Shown piece by piece: positions 17,663 to 19,092 of a stretch of 19,092 bases of DNA. Source of the stretch: Promethearchaeota archaeon. Lineage in GTDB: Archaea; Asgardarchaeota; Lokiarchaeia; Sigyniarchaeales; SOKP01. The stretch is taken from positions 11,253 to 30,344 of the forward strand of contig JBHLNT010000036.1 in the NCBI GenBank assembly GCA_048941265.1. The letters are read 5' to 3'. The position numbers and the translations under genes were made by a program. The notes beneath the pieces are model-generated. The model had not been told where the DNA came from. It saw only the letters and a list, made by a program, of their open reading frames with translations, and did no database searches. The first letter of the stretch is position 1. The number at the start of each line of letters is the position of its first letter.

Positions 17663-18670
17663 TTAAGCTTCCCAAGTTTGTACTCCTTTAAAGTTTAATT
17701 TCGCTGGAAGTATAGTTAAACCATTCTCAATCAATCTCTTTTTTATAAGATATTCATTACCTATTCCCGCTAATATAGTTAAAGATCCCCCTCCTCCCGC
17801 TCCATTACATTTAAATCCAATTGCACCATTTTCTTTTGCAATTTTTTCTGTTTTTTCTATTATAGGATTAACCATTGATGGATGCAACTTTTTCTGGGCT
17901 TCCCAATTTAAATTCATAATTTCTCCTATTTCTCTTATATTAGATGAATTAATAGCATTTTTCATTTTATAAGCACAGTTTTTCATGATTTCAAAAGCAT
18001 GTATAGTATCTTTTAGACCATTTTCATAATTTTCTATAACAGCTTTATGCATTTTGCTTGAGCTTCTTGAACTTAAATATACAAGAATTAATTGGCTTTC
18101 TAATTCACAGATCCTACTCTCATTAACATTAATACTTGAAATGTTCACTAAGGGATATGCAATTTCCATAAAGTTTATTCCTCCATATGCTGCTGTGAAT
18201 TGATCTTGAACCCCACTTTCCAAATTCAATTCATCAGTCTCCAGTTTATGAGCCAACTGCGCAATTTCACGAGGGGATATTGTTTTATTAGTATAATGTG
18301 ATAAAGCAGCAATTAACGCTACTGCTACACTTGCACTTGTACCAGTACCGCCTCCAGGAGGTGCTTCAGCTCGAACAAAAATATCTAATCCTGTTTTTAT
18401 GTCCATTCTTTTAACCGCTGCTTTTAGTAAGTCTAATGTTCCATCATACTCAATTTTATTATAATTTCTTATTTCTGTAGATAAATCTAGGTTTTCTGAA
18501 ACAATATTAATTCTTTCAGTGCTATTTTCTATAATCCTTACATAACTATATAGATCAACAGCAAAATTAAAGACCGCTCCTTTCTTATAAAACCAGGTAT
18601 CTGTCCATCCACCAATATCATTTATCCTGACGGGTGCCCTAGAAAATATTGTTCTAGCGAATAATCTCAC
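17663..18670 (-). CDS. GHMP-family sugar kinase (HddA / heptose-7-phosphate kinase-like)
   Basis: SRAPVRINDIGGWTD, ATP loop PPGGGTGTSA, SGVQDQ, NGAGGGG; GTG start. Confidence 0.85.
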   Translation of the reverse strand: MRLFARTIFSRAPVRINDIGGWTDTWFYKKGAVFNFAVDLYSYVRIIENSTERINIVSENLDLSTEIRNYNKIEYDGTLDLLKAAVKRMDIKTGLDIFVRAEAPPGGGTGTSASVAVALIAALSHYTNKTISPREIAQLAHKLETDELNLESGVQDQFTAAYGGINFMEIAYPLVNISSINVNESRICELESQLILVYLSSRSSSKMHKAVIENYENGLKDTIHAFEIMKNCAYKMKNAINSSNIREIGEIMNLNWEAQKKLHPSMVNPIIEKTEKIAKENGAIGFKCNGAGGGGSLTILAGIGNEYLIKKRLIENGLTILPAKLNFKGVQTWEA

Positions 18671-18860
18671 CTTTTCCTTAATAGTATATTTTATACTATA
18701 TCTAATAAGTTAATATACTTTCATAATGTTTTAATTGAAATATTTCCAAATATGATTTTTTTGGAGTTTTCATGAAATATTACGAAAGACAGACATTTTT
18801 ATATATTTATCTTACTTACTAAATTTTACTAAAAAGTCATTTTTAGTAGGTGAAATTTAA

Positions 18861-19092
18861 ATGGTAATAATTATTCAACGTTTAGTTCAAAGAGTATATA
18901 ATGGGAAATGGGATGAACTTGAAGCTATAGATAAAAAATTCACAGAAATCGAGAATCAAATAGGATATCCTCCTAAAAAGCGTTATCGATACTTAACTGG
19001 CACCCATGATACTAATACAATCGTTATCGAACACCAATGGGAAAGTTTAGCTAAAATGGAAAAAATAATGACAAAAGCTTTTTTAGATCCAG
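18861..19092 (+). CDS. Hypothetical protein, NIPSNAP-like dimeric alpha+beta barrel, 3' end runs off the window
   Basis: AGGTGA at 18848-18853, then an open frame MVIIIQRLVQRVYNGKWDELEAIDKKF...GYPPKKRYRYLTGTHDTNTIVIEHQWESLAKMEK. Fold assigned by pattern only. Confidence 0.7.
   Translation, partial: MVIIIQRLVQRVYNGKWDELEAIDKKFTEIENQIGYPPKKRYRYLTGTHDTNTIVIEHQWESLAKMEKIMTKAFLDP

Noticed and set aside
1-19092. CRISPR arrays, tRNA/rRNA genes, transposases, integrases
   Set aside because: No regularly spaced repeats, cloverleaf, GC-rich rRNA block or transposase motifs were seen by eye.

Overview
AT-rich archaeal chromosomal window, most consistent with Asgard Lokiarchaeia. This is inferred from the archaeal TFB, Gar1 and ArcS genes, two Roadblock-like proteins, an orphan PAS kinase and fatty-acid oxidation genes. 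Protein genes: dus (partial), ahcY, a tandem Lrp/AsnC regulator, a PAS histidine kinase, arcS-raSEA (archaeosine synthesis), gar1-tfb, acyl-CoA dehydrogenase, a sulfite-oxidase-like Mo enzyme, two Roadblock-like proteins, a Cys-rich 4Fe-4S protein, ecfT-ecfA, a double-hotdog hydratase, a GHMP kinase and a partial NIPSNAP-like ORF. The main discovery is an unannotated ~310 nt minus-strand RNA at about 13150-13465. By hand it folds into three H/ACA guide hairpins ending in ACA, AUAUGA (a eukaryote-type box H) and ACA. Hairpin 1 has a pocket complementary to the 23S rRNA peptidyl-transferase loop (GCUUUGC-U-N-CCUCGA, E. coli position 2496), and C- and D-box-like motifs flank the whole RNA. A second finding is that tfb and ecfA both lack any ATG/GTG/TTG before essential N-terminal motifs and appear to start at Shine-Dalgarno-preceded ATT codons. 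All folding and family calls were made by eye, without searches.
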